Shown: positions 61,215 to 64,000 of the stretch, in pieces
How positions within the stretch are numbered: position 1 is the first letter of the stretch
Layout of the letters: each line of letters starts with the position of its first letter
Assembly (NCBI GenBank): GCA_023245155.1
Contig: JAHFKV010000001.1
Span: 267,034-331,033, forward strand
Direction of reading: 5' to 3'
DNA from: Candidatus Staskawiczbacteria bacterium
GTDB taxonomy: Bacteria > Patescibacteriota > Minisyncoccia > Minisyncoccales > Staskawiczbacteraceae
Length of the DNA stretch: 64,000 nucleotides
Position numbers and translations under genes: made by a program
Notes under the pieces: model-generated
Database searches by the model: none
Seen by the model: only the letters and a program-made list of their open reading frames with translations
What the model was told of the DNA's origin: nothing

Positions 61215-62171
61215 ATGAAAAAATTTCTTTTTTTGTTTGTCGCTTGTTGTGCGTTTTTTTGTTTGGCAACCGTAACTCAGGCAGGTACGTTAAGTTGCTC
61301 AGTGGCTACCACTTGCCCCAGCGGGACCGTTATCTGGCGCATGGCCAGCACCTCCAATTCACAGTCCGAATTACCAGGCCAGGCGCTCTACACTCAACTG
61401 GTCTGTTGCACAGGGGTTGCGGGGCTTTCGAGTGCATGCAGTGGAACTTTTGCGACCGTGTTAAAAATTTCAGCAACTACCAACGCCCATGCTGAGCAAA
61501 ATACGCAATCAAACTATGCCAACTCAATTTGCATTCAGGCTCCGGCGGGGGGAAGTGTTTCGGTGGGGTACCAAGCATCCAATTGCACGGGTTTTGATAC
61601 GACACTTGGCTCAATGTCAGCTACCACTAACGCCCATGTTGGAAATAGCAGTGCTTACACCACTAAAATATGCGCCTCGGCAGTGGCTGTGCAAAGTTTA
61701 ACCTTTAGTATTTCTGCCAATACCGTTTCTTTTGGAACGCTAGATGCTTCGGCTGCGCGTTTTGCTAACACGTCATCGGGTTCGGCCACCGAAGTGGAGG
61801 CTCATACATTGTCGGCCGCAACCAACGCTTTTAGCGGTTATACGGTTACAGTAAAAGGTGCAACGCTTACGTCTGGAGCAAATACGGTTACTGCTATTGG
61901 TTCAACTAATACGGCTTCAACCGTTGGCGCCGAACAATTTGGTTTGAGGATTAATGCCTCGGGCGGAAGTGGCACGGTCACAGCTCCCTACGCGGCTTCG
62001 GGTTTCGCTTACGCTGGCACGTCTACTACCTCCAGCCAAGTGGCATCATCAAATAATGGCGACAATGTAACCACTATTTATTCTGTCCGCTATATTGCTA
62101 ATGTTGCCGGTTCAACAGAAGCGGGCAATTATGCTACCACGTTAAACTATGTAGCCACGGGGAATTTTTGA
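61215..62171 (+). CDS. secreted surface protein: Cys-rich N-domain plus conserved C-terminal beta-domain (WxL/SCPU-like)
   Basis: Signal peptide ending TQA/GT. The C-terminal 160 aa (61692-62171) are paralogous to 62839-63321 and end in AGNYATTLNYVATGNF. Confidence 0.65.
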   Translation: MKKFLFLFVACCAFFCLATVTQAGTLSCSVATTCPSGTVIWRMASTSNSQSELPGQALYTQLVCCTGVAGLSSACSGTFATVLKISATTNAHAEQNTQSNYANSICIQAPAGGSVSVGYQASNCTGFDTTLGSMSATTNAHVGNSSAYTTKICASAVAVQSLTFSISANTVSFGTLDASAARFANTSSGSATEVEAHTLSAATNAFSGYTVTVKGATLTSGANTVTAIGSTNTASTVGAEQFGLRINASGGSGTVTAPYAASGFAYAGTSTTSSQVASSNNGDNVTTIYSVRYIANVAGSTEAGNYATTLNYVATGNF

Positions 62172-62271
62172 GGCTGTGTATAACCAGTCCCTGTTGCATA
62201 TTTTATAATTTGATATAATTGCGCAACTGGGGGTATTCTAATATTAAAAAATAATAAGTAATACAAAAAGT

Positions 62272-63321
62272 ATGAAACCGTACAAAAATTTGGCGAGTGT
62301 GGGCTTAATTTTATCAATTATAGCCATGTGGTTTGCACCATTTGTGCCAGTAGTTTACGCGGCTAACTTAACCAGTTTATCGGACACGATGTCTACGGTG
62401 AAAGTCAGCACATTATCTAACCATGATATTTCATTTGTCACTCCAACCGGTGTGGCCGCTAGCGCAACTATTATTCTGACTTTCCAATCTGATTTTTCTG
62501 TTGCCGCTGCTATGGACTTTACGGATATGGACGTACTGGATAACGGCACCAACGTAACTTTGGCCTCATCTCCTTCTGGTACTACTTGGGGAGCAGTGAG
62601 AACTTCCTCAACCGTCATTACGCTGACCAATGGCTCCGCTGCAGTTACGGCTGGTCATACCATTAGAATTAAAATTGGAACGAATGCCACCAACCAAAGC
62701 ACCGGCGTCCGCCAAATTACCAATACTACTTCCACGGGAACAAAGACAGTGACTATTAGCGGAACTTTTGGCGACACGGGAACTATTTCAGTAGGTATTA
62801 TTACCGATGATACGGTAGCCGTTTCTGGTACGGTCAATCAAACACTTTCTTTTAGTCTTTCCGCCAACACCATTGCCTTTGGAACATTAGATTCAGCGGC
62901 TGCCAGGTATGCTAACACATCTTCTGGTTCAGCTTCGGATACGGTGGCACACACTTTAGCAGTTGCAACTAATTCGCAAAGCGGGTACACGGTTACCGTC
63001 AAAGGTGCAACTTTAACTTCCGGATCATTTACGATTACTGCGATTGGTTCAAGCCCTGCCACTTCATCAGCTGGAACCGAACAATTTGGTATTTACGCTA
63101 CTAAATCGGGCGGGGTTAATGGAACTATCGCAGCACCCTATGCCACCGGTTCTTCTTTTGGATATGATGCAACAGGCACCACTGCCACCACGTTTGCTTC
63201 CGGTACCAGCGCCACCAACACTGAAACATATTCTTTACATTATTTAGCGAACATTGCTAGCACCACTGAAGCCGGCAGCTATACTACTACGTTAAACTAC
63301 GTGGCCACGGGAAACTTCTAG
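62272..63321 (+). CDS. secreted surface protein, paralog sharing the C-terminal beta-domain (WxL/SCPU-like)
   Basis: Signal peptide ending VYA/AN. The C-terminal domain ends in AGSYTTTLNYVATGNF. Confidence 0.65.
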   Translation: MKPYKNLASVGLILSIIAMWFAPFVPVVYAANLTSLSDTMSTVKVSTLSNHDISFVTPTGVAASATIILTFQSDFSVAAAMDFTDMDVLDNGTNVTLASSPSGTTWGAVRTSSTVITLTNGSAAVTAGHTIRIKIGTNATNQSTGVRQITNTTSTGTKTVTISGTFGDTGTISVGIITDDTVAVSGTVNQTLSFSLSANTIAFGTLDSAAARYANTSSGSASDTVAHTLAVATNSQSGYTVTVKGATLTSGSFTITAIGSSPATSSAGTEQFGIYATKSGGVNGTIAAPYATGSSFGYDATGTTATTFASGTSATNTETYSLHYLANIASTTEAGSYTTTLNYVATGNF

Positions 63322-63339
63322 GGTTATTAGCAAACGAAC

Positions 63340-64000
63340 ATGAAAAAACATATTCTTTTCATATGGCTATTGTTCACAGCAAGCATGTTTTTTGCGACTA
63401 CGGCTTTGGCATTGACGGTTTCACCGGTCAGAGTAGAGTTGACGGGTGATCCTGGTCAAACCGTCAAGGGAGAAATTATTTTGCTTAATGAACAAAAAGA
63501 AGCCAAGACCTTTTACTCTTCGTTTGAGAATTTCGAAGCCAAGGGGGAAACTGGTACCCCTAATTTTGTCCCAGGCAAAGATGGTTTGGCAACGTGGATA
63601 CAGGCTTTAAACCAGGTAACATTAGCAGCTCAAGAAAAAAAGACTATTCCTTTTACGGTTCAAATCCCTAAAAACGCTGACCCCGGAGGTTATTTTGCCG
63701 CCATTTTTTGGAGTACAACGCCAATTACAGCTCAAGGTGGGCAGGTGGCGGTGGGGGCTAAAATTGGTACTTTAGTACTGCTGAAGGTTTCCGGCTATGT
63801 AAAAGAAGGCGGCGGATTATTGGAATTTAAAACCTTAAATAGCCAGCATTTTTTCAGTGCATTGCCCATTTCATTTGTTTGGCGCTTTCAAAACAGTGGT
63901 AACGATCGCATAAACCCCGGTGGTTCAATTGAGGTGCGTAATATATTTGGCTTTGTATCAAAAACTCTTAACGCCAACGAGGGACAGGGCAATGTGTTGC
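63340..64000 (+). CDS. secreted Ig-like beta-sandwich protein (DUF916-like or PapD-like), 3'-truncated by the window edge
   Basis: Not in the ORF track. ATG 63340 is followed by a frame open to base 64000. Signal peptide ATTALA/LT, then VSPVRVELTGDPGQTVKGEIILLNEQKEAKTF. Confidence 0.6.
   Translation, partial: MKKHILFIWLLFTASMFFATTALALTVSPVRVELTGDPGQTVKGEIILLNEQKEAKTFYSSFENFEAKGETGTPNFVPGKDGLATWIQALNQVTLAAQEKKTIPFTVQIPKNADPGGYFAAIFWSTTPITAQGGQVAVGAKIGTLVLLKVSGYVKEGGGLLEFKTLNSQHFFSALPISFVWRFQNSGNDRINPGGSIEVRNIFGFVSKTLNANEGQGNVL

Noticed and set aside
1-64000. Searched by eye for tRNA T-loop boxes (GGTTCGAAT-like), rRNA, CRISPR repeats, IS inverted repeats, integrase/transposase/recombinase ORFs and prophage structural genes.
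   Set aside because: None found. The G+C-rich blocks (962-1489, 3772-4985, 24664-25222) have no flanking direct repeats or mobility genes that I could see.

Overview
This 64-kb window is almost fully coding and moderately AT-rich by eye. I saw no rRNA, tRNA, CRISPR array, transposase or integrase. My inference is a small-genome monoderm bacterium of the Patescibacteria/CPR type. The grounds are a lamin-tail-domain protein, a giant Thr/Ser/Ala/Gly-rich surface protein anchored by a peptidoglycan-binding domain, a Wzy_C+TPR fusion, and many starts with no Shine-Dalgarno sequence lying a few nt after a -10 box. Layout: (1) 1-5.6 kb holds mixed accessory genes: HD and P-loop proteins, a TrpR-like YerC regulator, an AstE/AspA-family deacylase, a G+C-rich orphan gene and small unannotated transcription units. 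(2) clpB follows, with a CIRCE-like operator. (3) Next come an LTD protein, an HTH regulator, an ECF sigma factor, a putative anti-sigma factor and a 1125-aa S-layer-like protein. (4) 16.4-51.4 kb is a ~35-kb glycan locus. It has a Wzy_C/TPR protein, two Wzx-like flippases, 4 GT2, 4 GT4, one GT-C-like protein, four methyltransferases including a sugar C-methyltransferase, AsnB, a split transketolase, and modules resembling CDP-dideoxyhexose, RmlC/RmlD and diNAcBac pathways. (5) murB-hpf-secA. (6) A cupin / C39-like peptidase / cupin trio, then a promoter-plus-terminator-defined antisense sRNA candidate, then PNPOx, CAP and DUF3850-like genes. (7) A secreted-protein cluster with two paralogous WxL/SCPU-like proteins and an Ig-like DUF916/PapD-like protein runs off the window end. 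The strongest leads are: the S-layer-like protein together with the Wzy_C/TPR protein and glycan locus as a candidate surface-protein glycosylation machine; the terminal surface-complex cluster; the orphan minus-strand sRNA at 57945-58134; a 33-aa (GGEHxRx)4 microprotein; and a 29-bp promoter/operator used twice on opposite strands. All calls come from reading the sequence and the ORF track. No searches or folding programs were run, small-element coordinates were hand-indexed, and functions are motif-level inferences.
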